In this document: in pieces, positions 35,081-47,429 of the stretch | Layout of the letters: each line of letters starts with the position of its first letter | Position numbering within the stretch: position 1 is the first letter of the stretch | Assembly: GCA_001687465.1 (NCBI GenBank) | Contig: LVLI01000414.1 | Coordinates: 1-55,654 of the forward strand | Length of the DNA: 55,654 nt | Source: Halocafeteria seosinensis | Taxonomy: Eukaryota | Direction of reading: 5' to 3' | Translations under genes and position numbers: made by a program | The notes under the pieces: model-generated | The model's database searches: none | Told to the model about the DNA's origin: nothing | The model's input: only the letters and a program-made list of their open reading frames with translations

Positions 35081-37598
35081 TCATTCTTTCGATTGGTTGG
35101 TTCCTCCACGTTGGTCCCCTTTGAGGCTCCCCTCCCCGCTGAGTTTGGCCATACTGGTTTTCTTGCCTTCTCGCACACGCCGGTACAATGTGTCCAAGTT
35201 CTGCAAAGAGCTACTCTGGGAGAGCGCTCCACTGTCTGCATCTCCTGACAACACATGTTCGAATCGCATCCTCTCCAGGCGTTGCTTGGCAACTTTCTTC
35301 ATGGTCCTCTCAACATCAGGGAAGAACGCTGGAGCACAGCTAACGAGCATCGTTGTAATAGGACAGAAAATGATACTTGTTCTCTCTCAAGCAACGTACT
35401 GAAGAGGTATTGCAAGTCGTTCGTATCGATGGCGTGAATGTAACTGTCTGTCAGCGTGCGAACAGTAAATGGTTCGCGTCTTTCCCATAACGCAGCAACC
35501 TCTCCTGCACGTAAGAGGACAAACCCCGACATCAATTAACCGCAGAGACTGCTATACAATCACGCTTCATACCAAAGAATGAGCCGTCTGCCAGTGTAAG
35601 AACTTGTTCAATGTCCCTATATATACCACATTCACCTTGGCCAATGAAATACACCCCACTTGTTGGTTGATCCTGGAACACAATCGTTTCATTGGCCAGA
35701 ACCAGTTCCGTCCTTAGAGCCGGAACAAACGACTGCAGGAATCCTTCACTAGCACTCGCGAGTAGTGGTACCGACTTAGAAAGTGATAGCAGCATCTGGA
35801 CGTGAATATCGCGGTACAGAGGTCGTGGGAGCGACTCGAGGAGAGCACTTTCGTCAAACTTCCGGTTGTCTGGCCATTTCCTGGTAATATACTGCCGAAT
35901 TCTCTCTCGTAAATCTTGTGACAAGTTGGAATCTTTCATGTACTGCAAGTAGAAGTACAAAATTAAGCCGACGATACTAAATTCCACTGCATTATACTCA
36001 CGAGTTCCATTTCTTCACTAAATTCTCGGAAATTAGAACCAGCTCTGTTTTCGCTCATCACGAGAGCAGCAATGCTTCCTACAGCGGACGTGTAGGTGAC
36101 AGCGCCGACGAGATTGGAAAAGGAAACAAATGCAGCCTCGATTGTACGCGCAGGATTGAAAGCCCCATATGAGATGCAGGACATATGTGAAATCGTTGTA
36201 AACAGTGCCCATACATACTGCTCCTCCGGAGGCAGGTCTTCGATTCCCGTTAGGGCAACCCACGAATCATCCGGGAAATCGCTTAAGCGCGCAATCAAGT
36301 ACAGAGCGCAGGCGTCAACGTGCAGAATAACAACAATCATCATAGATAGCTGGATCAATTGCATCTTGATGGGTGACCAGCTTGAGAAATACTTTTTCAT
36401 GTATCGCCTGATCTTAGAAAGACGTAATACCCTCAGCAACCGCAGCAACCTCAAGACTATAAGACCACCCGTGGGGCTGCGTCATATCATAACGGAGACG
36501 ATGAAAGTCCCGTAACATCTAATGGCAACCTAAGACTGCACTTACTCAGTCAAACCTTCAACTCCATCGATTAGTACGAAATAATCTATAGGCAAAACAG
36601 ATATTAGGTCAAGTGTAAAAAACCCCTGCAAGGATTATCGATGGATACTAAGTGAGGAAGATGCAATCTTTCGGCCAACAAAAAACTGGTATCACCTTCA
36701 GGTATGCGTCAGCGATCGATGCAGGCTCCATCAGCAGGACGTCGTCTTTTGTCCAGAGTCTGAAACACCAAGATACCCATACCGATGTGATATCACCACA
36801 GAATAGGTGATAAACGTTACCTTACCCGGTCATAAAGCTTAAACCAATGTCGACAACGTAGACGAAATCAACGAATACTCCAATCCCGAACCTGCAAACA
36901 TCGTTCTTACTCAGGAAAAGGAAGATAAATCATTAGTGAAGGACTTACAGGACAACTACAGTAGTTCGTGATTGGATAAATGATAGCTCTAAAGGTACCG
37001 TGATCCAAGTATACGCTACCAAAAGCGCCATCATAAGATCCCATAAAAGTTTAAACCTGCTGTATGGATGAATTGTACGGAGTCCGCACAATAGGCGTCG
37101 TCTATCTACATATTCCTCTTTTTCTGACTTTTCCTGAAGATGAGCCTGGTATTCTCGCTGTGACATTCCATACAATTTTCGAGCAAGATTCCGATGTCCA
37201 GAGTCCGGAAACTGAAACACATACGACCCCGTTCGCTCAATGGTTCGGACGGAACTATTTCCATCAAAATCACTCATGGACGGAGAAAACCCGGTATGAA
37301 TTGTATCAGGACCTAGAGTATCATCAATATTGCCTCTACGGTCTGCATTCTCGCCACCTCCTTCACTCTTCTCTTTTTCTAAGCGTAGTTGTAAATCAGC
37401 GTCGACGACCTGTTGCACTCCCGAATTCGTCTTCCTGCTCTCAGGCTCCTGCGTCCCCTTATCCTCCGAGGAGAGAACTTGATCTTTTTTCTCCTGTTGT
37501 ACATCACTCTGGTCGGCCTCGTCATGAGACTTATTCTTCCCGGGCTTCCCCTGCACCCTGCTGCTGCTGCTGTCTTGTTGGGTGCTCGACGACGACAT
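35081..37598 (-). CDS. HCN/CNG-like six-TM voltage-gated channel with cyclic-nucleotide-binding homology domain
   Basis: IHPYSRFKLLWD, YLKGFFTLDLIS, S4 RLLRLLRVLRLSKIRR, pore SHMSCISYG, C-linker FDESALL, CNBD GVYFIGQG...FFGEVAAL. Seven canonical introns reconstructed. Confidence 0.9.
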
Positions 37599-38031
37599 GA
37601 TACGGAAAATGCCACACTTGACTACGTATGCATATCTCCCCTGGCTCTTGGTCCTCTCAATAGACACGGGGGCATATGATGGAAAGCAACCAGCCTCTGT
37701 CTTATACGGCAATACCCGGCAGCAACTTGGAGTAGCGGCGACCTTCACAGATGAATTCCGTCTTGCAGGAGTATACAAGAGTGTATTGTCGAATTTTGAC
37801 AACACACCAATACAGTATTCCGTCCAATATACTACTAGTATAGTACTAGCTAAACTTATTGAGATTGAGACCGCGGCAAGAGGAGCACGCCAGGATGGCA
37901 GCCGCATTGCACACTTCAACACATGGCGATTCCAAGGGGGACGAAGCACGATGTTGGTCGTTAGGCGAACCACCTCATGGCAGTAGTACGTATAGGCGTG
38001 GAGAATCCTGTGAAGTCCCAGTAAAGTGCGC

Positions 38032-39125
38032 ATGAGCTATCTAAGTAACGTCGGCATCCTGCCTGCAGTGTTGACGGAGAACCGACGAACTCGTAGGACG
38101 GCGCTGGAAAATATAATTGAGCACCACGTGACGCAGTTTCTTTCGTTTGAGGATATTGAAAACACAGCGTTTGTGTGCAAACGATGGTTCAACTTTTCGC
38201 GTACGTATATTCTTGCTAATGTTGAACAGTGGAATTTGACCGACGTGCAATAGTTCTGCACAGTTCCACGATACAAAGAGGGCGTTCGATTGATGAGATG
38301 TCGGTTTAATCGGGGAAATCCTGATGAAGCAAGTTGACCTGGTACTGTTCCACTGCACTTATAATAGTCACCTGCTGTCATCGTATGTTCCGCAGGCTAT
38401 AAACAAACTCATACAGCTCCACTGGCTACCAAACTCGTTGACGGACATTTCCCGCTTCTTGTATACTAATTGCCTCCTCAAAAAGCTGGAGCCATCCAAT
38501 GTGTGCAACTACCTGTGCGGGGGAACTCACCCACTCCCTTCCACAGAAGAACGGGAGTACGCCCTGAGAGTCACAGATCTTGCCGATATGCAGCATGCTA
38601 CCTACGGCGAATCAATTTATGACGCACAGTGGAACCCTAATCATCCGAACTGGACACTGACAGTCCTCTTTCTTAATAAATTCGGCTTCGAACAGGATTC
38701 ACTCGTCGGGGCCTTGAGAAGAATCCGCCATGTATGCTGGACGCTTCATCAATACAACAGTGCGTTCTTTTTGAAACGACTGGCCGAAGTATTTGGGGAG
38801 GCCAAAAGAAGAGCTGGCTCGACGCAATACCCCCACAGAATGGGTATATATGTGCTACTCCAGTCAATAGTTATGCTAGATGGATTTTGCGTCAGATTAG
38901 GGTCGGACAGTACACATTCGAAACAGGATTTTGTACGAGTCAACGCTGGTACGTACCTTGTTAACAATTACTTGTACCAATATGTTCTTTGATGCACTAT
39001 TTCCATTCGCGTGGTCTTCAGGTGCTCCCGTATTAAACGAAGTACGTACAGAGTTGCTCGAGAGCATATATGATGAAGTCACTCAACTACCTCTCTACCT
39101 AAACCATATCGTTCCTCCGGGATGA
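38032..39125 (+). CDS. F-box + Sec7 domain protein (FBXO8-like architecture)
   Basis: F-box HVTQFLSFEDIENTAFVCKRW. Sec7-like FNRGNPDEAINKLI...FLNKFGFEQDSLVGALR...YVLLQSIVMLD...SKQDFV...LLESIYDEV. Introns 38201-38263, 38329-38395 (GC-AG) and ~38949-39021. Confidence 0.75.
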
Positions 39126-40089
39126 CTACATGCTATTAGTGTTGATGGACATAAGATTGTTCAAGTAGTGCTCTCAGACGGAAGCATTCGTCCCGTGCCG
39201 TCCCCAGTGAACTTTAAGCTTTCAGCACTAACAGCTCAAAATGCCGGGAACTCTAAGAGACCAATGCGAACGCTCTGTCTCTGCTGACGAATCTCTCCGG
39301 CTATCACCAGCAATATAATATCCAAACTTGTAATGAGAAAGTAACCTACATCACTGTACTCGCAGTTGCATTACGGGTCACATACACCCCCCTCAATTTG
39401 CCTCAAACGGATGGAGTCGCAGAGCTCCAAATGGTAATTGAGCTGCCGGCACTGACAACTTGATGTGCTCTTCCAACCAACAAGTATATCAATTGCCGCT
39501 CCAAGTCTAGCGGGTATTTTGAGAACTCGTTTCCGGTAAGCATCCGCCAAAGGGACAAAGGGAGAAAACCAAAATCCAGACACAGCTTCTATGATGATAC
39601 AACTCCGTTACCTACAATTCCCGATTAGATCATATCTGCATACGTTACGTAGTGTATAATTTATGACTTCTCGGCTTACGATTAACAGCATCCATTCTTC
39701 TGTGTATTTATTCTGAATGCATTCATACACTGCATTGCTTCTTGTGAACTTGAATTCAAATTTTTGGCCGCCAACTTCAACATGCCCATTCAAAACAACC
39801 TTGTCCCTCTTTTACGCACACGAGTCGATTATAAGAGTATAGTAATAGTGCTGATACACGAGAAGAGAGTTTATTCTCTGTGTGTAGAGTTGTTGTTGCA
39901 TTCTGCCCCAAGGAGTGTGGAATGTATTAATGTTTGAACTTGCGAACACTCCGGGGACATTTTGCTGTGTTTGAAAGCTCGCCTGGGATTCCTTTCCTCT
40001 TTCTTCTCCTTGATAACAGGGAGTCAACCTCTTTAGCCCGTCTCATATCGATATTCAGGTATCATTGTACATAGGAAGAGGGTGGCGTA

Positions 40090-41865
40090 ATGACGGATAG
40101 TCTCCTGAATGAAGTAGCTCCAAAGGCAGCACTGGAAGCCACGGCAAGTCAACCTGAACACGATCCGCGTCATGATGCTCTTATGATGGATGATTCGGGC
40201 CAAACTCGGGTTTCGGCGATAAATTCTTCCTGTGCGAATGGGACCTCAAACGATACTCAAGAGCAGCACCTAAAAGCGATTCCCGAATTGGAAGACGATT
40301 CTACTACCAAGAATCGAAGAACTCAAAACGAGACGACGTCTTCACCGAATTCTGATGTCCCTTTGAACCCATCGGAGTTATGCGCTACTTCCCCTCACTT
40401 TCATGATCCAGATAAGAAAGCAAAGTCGAGGGTCGCTGAAGAAGCCGAGCACTACGCCCGGTCACTATGGCGCAATACATCTGTTGAGTGTTATTTGCGG
40501 GGGCACCAGACTTGCACATTTTCTCCTAGACTTAGAGCTATATTAATCGACTGGTTGTCTGAACTGTGCCAAGCGTTGCACTTCCATAGGCGTACGATCA
40601 GTGTTGCCGTCAATCTGGTAGACACGTTCTTAGTTAAGGTGAGTGTAGTCAACCTTTGTATTGCAAAACTGATTACCTACTGTTACACTGAATTTGCAGA
40701 GAGGAAGTGTTTCGAAAGGAGAACTGCAATTATGGGGTGCTACGGCATTATACGTTGCAGGAAAGCAAGAGGTAAAGATCGTTGGTTCGGATTTACAACG
40801 CCTTTCGACTCTGTGTACCCCGGTTCCCTTCGTTTTGAATGATCACAGGAAGCTTACGCTCCTTCAATGGATGAATTCTTGGAATACGTTGCGCATGCTA
40901 TTAAAAAATCTCAACTTTTGGAGTGCGAACAAACTCTTATTCTTGTAGGTGATGATGTCGCTTTCTAATTGACTTCCAACCCTTGTACTCTTTGATTTTT
41001 CACAGTTGGCGAATTGGAACACGAACCCGTCAACTTCCTACGATTGGCTGACTTTCATGTTGCATCAACTCGGCGCCATAGCGTCAAATATAAGGACGAG
41101 GAATTATTATACTTGTGAGACGAATGATGAACCATGCGCCCGTTGCGAGGGACAGGCGGCCAAGATGCTTCACGACTGGTCCTCCGAGATGCTCTTCAAT
41201 GTCAGTCCAGAAATAGCGCGAACGGCCAGCGATGAGTCGCCGTGTAATATTGAATTCGGAACAATTTTCGTGCCATTCGAGGCAGTAGCTATTCCACGAA
41301 AGCATGTGTCTTGCGAACTTTTCCTCAAGTCCACACATGTCCTCGACCTTGTACGCATGGATTCCGGCTTCCTCAAATATTCATCTCCTGTGATAGCGTA
41401 TTCAGTGTTACTTACACTCCTCCCTCGTTGCATAGGTAAGCGCTGGGTTTATAGGCGATCATTTCATTGAATCGTTGAATCGTCGTTCACTTGATTTTTT
41501 GCATTGCAGTACGTCTGTTGGACCAGATCATTATCAGCGTGGTGGAACCGTTCTTCCCTGACCTGGGAAGCCATGCGACGGAAGCCAAAAATTGGATACA
41601 GAGAGTGGTCGGTAGCAGCTGCCCAAAGTATTCCGAGCACCCTCAGTTAAAGCAGCTAGCTTCGCGGCATATCGTGCATCACCGAGATTTGCAACAGCTA
41701 CAACCGCACAACGCTGAGCTGCTCTCTTACGTAACAAAGGAGAGAGACGAAGGCATAGCACAATCGGATGATGTTAATATTAATGTGCTACCGGCCATGG
41801 CTACTGTCTCAACAATTTCTAAGTACATCAAAACCAACGATAGCCCAACTACAAGCAAGAATTAA
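40090..41865 (+). CDS. Cyclin (E-like)
   Basis: Cyclin box PRLRAILIDWLSELC...LQLWGATALYVAGKQEEAYAP...W..NPST.YDWL, then VLDLVRMD..FLKYS..IAYS. Four introns. Confidence 0.85.
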
Positions 41866-41866
41866 T

Positions 41867-44034
41867 CTACGTCGAAATAGACATCGCTGTGTCCTGGAAT
41901 GACTCTGTAGGACCTGCTTGATTTGTGGCCACATTATCCACTCTACTGTCCGCCATATGTACCTCATCTTCACTACTCTGTCTCTGTCGTTGCTCAGGGA
42001 TTGCTTCCGCCGTAGAGTAAGCCCCATTTGCGCCTTGAGCACGAGCAACTACCGCTGCCGCCCCGCTATCTGTCCTCGCTCGGGATGCCGTCGCTTGTGC
42101 CGTCGTTCCGAACGTCGTCGGCGCCACAAATGTGAAACCTTCAAAATTGGTTCGGGACTGCATAGAGGGGGTTATTCCATGTTCCCGGTAGCTATTTGGA
42201 CTGTGCAATGGCATCGAAGTAAACTCTTCGTCAAACTGGGACGTATCAGTGGTTGAATGCACAGGTGGTTTCCACGGTGGATCTATTCGACAATCCAAGA
42301 GTGCGTCCCAATCGACATCGCGGAAAAATGGATGGGCCTTCACTTCACTTGCGTCTCCTTGACCTGAACCTAGCCTTCTTGAAGGGTTCCTGTCTAACAA
42401 TTGAGAAAGTAGGTCCTTCGCTTCAGGAGACATATCGTTCGGAAATTCCAATTGCCCTTGTTTGATTCTGGAATAAAGCTGGTGTCTATCCTTGCAGTAA
42501 AAGGGAGGCAAACCTGTCAACATCTCGTATAGCAAAGCTCCTAGGCTCCACCAGTCTACGGCTCGACCATGCCCCTGCCTATTTAGCACTTCCGGAGCCA
42601 AGTACTCTGGGGTACCACAGAAACTATGCGCACCACTGTCTGTCGAACGAATGTTTTCCTTTGATAAACCGAAATCAGTTAGGCGAACATAACCTTGCTG
42701 GTCTAAGAGCACATTTTCGGGCTTGAGATCTCGATATATAACGTTCAGTGTATGCAAGTGCTCTAAGGCGAGTACAAGTTGGGCAGAATAAAATTTACTC
42801 CGTGGTTCAGGAAAACGCCCCTCTCGTCCAAGATGGAAAAACAGTTCGCCACCGGCACAGTAGTCAAGGACAAAGTATAGCCTGTCACGGGTTTGAAATG
42901 CGTAGTTAAGTCCTACAATAAATGGATGGACGATTCGTCCAAGCACGTTTCGTTCAGTTCGAGTATGCTCTACTTGATTGCGCTTGACGATGTTCGCTTT
43001 ATGCAACACTTTCATGGCGTAAATACATCCGTTATCCTTCTTCTTAACTTGCATTACTTTCCCGAAGCTCCCTTTACCAATGACCTTGAGAAGGACAAAA
43101 TCTCGGAGACACACTTTCCTTCCATTCCCCATGGACGCTGATCCGTGGGACACTTCTTGGGAGTAAGCCCTGGAACTTCGGCTACATTCGTTACCCTCTA
43201 TGGAATTTTCTGTGGGTTCTGGACTGGACCCAGAGAGATCTCCGGGGTTTCCCTGTTGCAGATTGCTTGACTGTGGTAGCACATACGCACACCTGCTTTA
43301 GGTGCGAGGGACGGTGTTCCAAAAACGTGATAAACTTACATTGCTGCTTATATACGCATCGCGTAGCAAGGGTGATTCTGATGGGTGCACCAAACCCGGA
43401 GGCGGGACCTGGACAGTCACAGGAGGTTTAGCTTACCATTAACGCCAATAAGAACTCACTAGAGCATGCACCTACGTTTGCCTGTGCCCGAAGGAATTCA
43501 TGAAATATTGGACTTCGGCATACTCTTTCATCTCGAGCAAGCTGCACGAATGGAGTGAGACTATATCGCGAATCGATGTTACAGTTGCCATATCGCGTCG
43601 TACCTGACGTATCCAATTTAGTAGTTCAACCCGTCGTTGCTCCAAGAAACTCGGTGTATGAGAGCCTATTATCCTCTTCGGTGGACAAGCTGGTGTACCG
43701 GGGATTTGCTTTCGAAGCTGTAACCAGAACAATCAGTATTAGTGGTGCGCATTCGTCGAGAGTAGTGAACTCAACATAACACGTACCTCGTCACTCAAAT
43801 TCTTGAATGTCGAGTACCGCCGATACACTGTCCAAACATACGCATCCAGCTTGATTTGAATAATGAATACCTGCGTACGGAGTCGTAGACAATTGTATTC
43901 GCATCGCACAAGACTATATTGCCAGGCGTGGCTGCAAGTTGACGTACGATGTAGTCTCTCCCTTTTTCATCACGGGCGACGCAATAGCCCGAGATGTCGA
44001 TATATACGCCACCACTGGCGTGTTGTTCTTCCAT
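41867..44034 (-). CDS. PX-domain AGC protein kinase (SGK3-like)
   Basis: Spliced PX domain (VYRRYSTFKNL...PPKR...FLEQRR). Kinase motifs GKGSFG, YRDLKPEN, DFG, FCGTPEYLAPE and hydrophobic motif FEGFTF. Confidence 0.93.
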
Positions 44035-45357
44035 CGTCAGTAATTACAACTTAAACCTTTGTTTCTCTAATTGAGCAAACGAAGTCACTGCAAACAACCC
44101 ATATAATGCTCATTAGCTTGTAAAGAAGAATTTCCCGTACACACTTCAACCACGCAGCAACAGGCCGCTCAGACGGATTATACAACTAGCTCCTAAGCAC
44201 TGTGAAGTGGACCTGTTTCCTTGCCCTAGTTGTTGCCCCTCTTTCCCCTCTTCCCCTCCATCGTTCATGATGGCGCATAGCCTTATTATCCCATGAACAA
44301 CGCCATTTACTACTAGCCAGCAACATATTCCTCGCCCAACTTCCATCATTTCTGAATTTCCCCCTTTGCCCGTACTTGCGCAGGAACCCTAACAATATCC
44401 ACGTACTTCGACAAGGTTTTTGCCCTCAAGCACGCTCGCACCCCACTACAGCGCTGTACATCGACCACTAGACAACTCTAGGTTCAACACAAGGCTATAT
44501 ATGTACTTCAACGGAAACATATTCTTCAGAAACCCTCCATTTACCTCCTAGTAATCTCTTTAAAGTCGAAGCTGGAACCTCGCACTTGCTCCGGCCACAC
44601 TTGAACACCAGGAATAACACCAGTGCGCGTCTTCAGCGACAATAAGCCTCAACAACTACGAGTCAAAGGCAGCTTTTGTCTCGTAACAATACCTGTTAAA
44701 TCCACAGGATATCTTTATCTTCTTGACAGGTTTTCTCCAACTCCGTTTCCCGCTTTCGGGAAAAAGCGCAACCTTGGGGTGGCCTGCCTGACTTACCCTT
44801 GGGAGGCTCAGCCCAACTCCGCCACCAGGCTGGACTCAGCAGAATGAACGACTCTTCACCACTTTGCAATGCCTAGCACTAGTGGGATCCCGCACTTACA
44901 CTCCTAAACGAGAGGATGAGTGTATGGGGTCGACAACTATGCGCGTGTTACTTTTAGGGAGAACAGTGGGCATAGAACAACCAGAGTAAAACCGAAGGAA
45001 GGAAGGCTGGAAAACGTAAGCAAAGAAGCCAGCCCCCGCAATGTTGAGAGAACTGTGGACCGAACGCAAAACAACGCAATCACAGCAAACTGAATCCACA
45101 CTTTCTGACAAGGCAAAGGAATCTGTTTAACTTACACTGCGAAGTGGTAGACAGTCGACTGTTCTACGCCAAGTGAAAGTCCCTCTCGGCGCCGGGATAC
45201 AAGCCCGGATGACCCCCAGCTATAAATTATAATTCCGAAGATGACGTTCGATCAAGATCCAACCGGTGGCTCACTACAGGATGTGAGTCATAAGGATGTG
45301 AGTGTTGTAATGGTACGGAAAACATGACAGTCTTTCGTAGATATCAATGCGAAAGGG

Positions 45358-46519
45358 ATGCAAAGATGTGAAGAACACGATTCCGAGAGCACCATAAACA
45401 GCAAATTTGCTGAGGAGTGTGCTATCTACCAGACAGAGGAGTGGAAACGTCTCCCAAGGCAACAAAGAGCCAAGGCCGAAGCTTTATCTAAACTCCAGAA
45501 GAAGGAAAGAGAGAATCAGAACGACAACGGCAAGTGCGTAACTTGTGGATTGATCCAAAAGTACTGCATCTGTCGTTCATTCTTCCCTCCAATTAAGTCG
45601 CGCAACGAAGTTCAAATTCTATATAATTCGAATGAAGTTTGGCGAGCATCGAATACTTCGAAAGTTGCATTGTTAACATTGACCAATTCACGAAGCTCAG
45701 TGTTCATCCCTCAAGACCAAGAGGACAAAACAGAGCTTGACGGCTCAGAGGAAGATACGAGGAGACCGACGGCCCTTTTGTTCCCCAATACTGAATCTGT
45801 ATCTCTAACAGAGTGGTGGGATACGCTTTCTGAATCCACTAAGTCCTACGGTGTGCGAGTGGTTGTGGCAGATGGTACCTGGCGCCAGGCCAGCAGGATG
45901 GTCAAGCAAATGAGGAAGCACAACTCTCAGTTTGCGCGAACAGTTCACTTAGAAAGCCCTGAGCCCGTCATAGCAGAACCACTACGCGAAAGGACATCTA
46001 AAACGCGACTTAGTTCTTTAGAATCAATTATCTGTGCATTGAGAGAATGTGATGACAAAAGTTTCGTTATTGAGCGCCTTAAGTATTGTCTGAGGTGCCT
46101 GGTTGACGCGGTCGGTGCGCAAACGGGAAAGCAATACTCTCAAGAAGTGAGCGGTTAGGACATTGTATGAACAATGGTTATTATACTTTACCGATGATTT
46201 GCTGCTATGCAGAATCACTTAACATGGTTGTTGCCTTCGGATGGTACGCCACATGAGATACTACTTGGATTGCCTTATTCACCGCCTCTATCTTCTGTAT
46301 TTCGCAGTCGGATACTTCCAAGGTCTTCCTGCATGGATAATCGTACACATTGCTGGATATTTAAAAGAGGATTTGAGCTATTCGCGGTATTTAAGACAAG
46401 TCCGTTCCAGTCGTCCTAACCGAAGAGCAGAGCGAGCTATCCGAGACACCAACGGAGCCATCGACATTGCAAGTCTTTCCTGCTCGTGCAAGACGTTTTA
46501 TATCCTCAACTTAACATGA
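45358..46519 (+). CDS. DTW-domain protein (DTWD2/TapT-like tRNA aminocarboxypropyltransferase) with spliced C-terminal F-box-like tail
   Basis: CVTC...CIC zinc motif, E.WRASNT, LLFP, DGTWRQA, LSSLES. GT-AG introns 46147-46212 and 46244-46307 extend the frame to TGA at 46517-46519. The unspliced stop is at 46158. Confidence 0.8.
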
Positions 46520-47097
46520 TGAGACCGAAAAACTCTTCACCTGATGTACGTAGAGCTATGCTGATTACGATTTAACACTACAACGTTGTACGTCGTACCC
46601 GTGTAAACTGTAGCACATCTGTCATCGGCTTTCCCGCTTGGTGAAAGTAGCAGTGTCTCACCTCCAGTTCGTTCGCTGCTCTTGATTTTCGTGTATTGCG
46701 ATTTTTTCGACCAGTACAGCAATGAGGAATCTGTCCAACCCTTAGATGGCTAGTTCTTCCAAGAATGTAAAGCATCTTCACCTCTGGAACATAGTCCGAC
46801 AGAGCAATGTCAACCTACAAATCATTACTAAACGTTACATCAACATTTTCGTTTTGCATTCTTCGGTTTCTCGTACAACGAGCTGCAAGTTACCGAGTTG
46901 GTTCCAGAATCGTGACTCACTTTAGTCTAGACTCGAGTTGTGAAGTCCAGGGGGCAAATCTTTGTTTTGATCATCCAACAAGACTGTGCCAAGTTTATTC
47001 GCCCTGAAAAGTACTCCTACGATTGGTTGTGCACAAAGCTTTGGTTCATATCTGCCTCTTGTGTTTGCCGAAAAGAGTAGCAAAGCGTCGTAATAAT

Positions 47098-47409
47098 ATG
47101 TCCGGGTATACAGGAAGACAAGTGCTGAGTCTCTACCGCTCGCTCTTACGCGTACGTCCATATGTCTAATGATAACATGGTAGTATCCTGTGTTGTATTA
47201 TTCATGTGCAGGAAGCAAGAAGGCTGCCCACGCTCCATAGGAGGCAATGGGCGGAAGAGAAAATTAAGAGCGAATTCCGATCAAACATTCACATCCAGGA
47301 GCAAGAAGCTAGGGACAACCTGACTAAGTACGCAGAAACTATGCTCGAAGAACTTGAGGCCAAAAGAAAGTATTTACAAGAACTTGAGGATTCCGGCTTC
47401 GGTTTATGA
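47098..47409 (+). CDS. LYR-motif protein (Complex1_LYR family)
   Basis: MSGYTGRQVLSLYRSLLR|EARRLP...IKSEFRSN. Intron 47152-47211. Confidence 0.85.
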
Positions 47410-47429
47410 TATGCGGATGAGAAATCATC

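Noticed and set aside
37599..38033. 145-codon upstream extension of the channel ORF
   Set aside because: It spans the divergent promoter and has no protein-like features; ATG 37598 is the more plausible start.
39371..40050. Short minus-strand ORFs between the Sec7 and cyclin genes
   Set aside because: They could not be joined into a coherent spliced gene and have no motifs.
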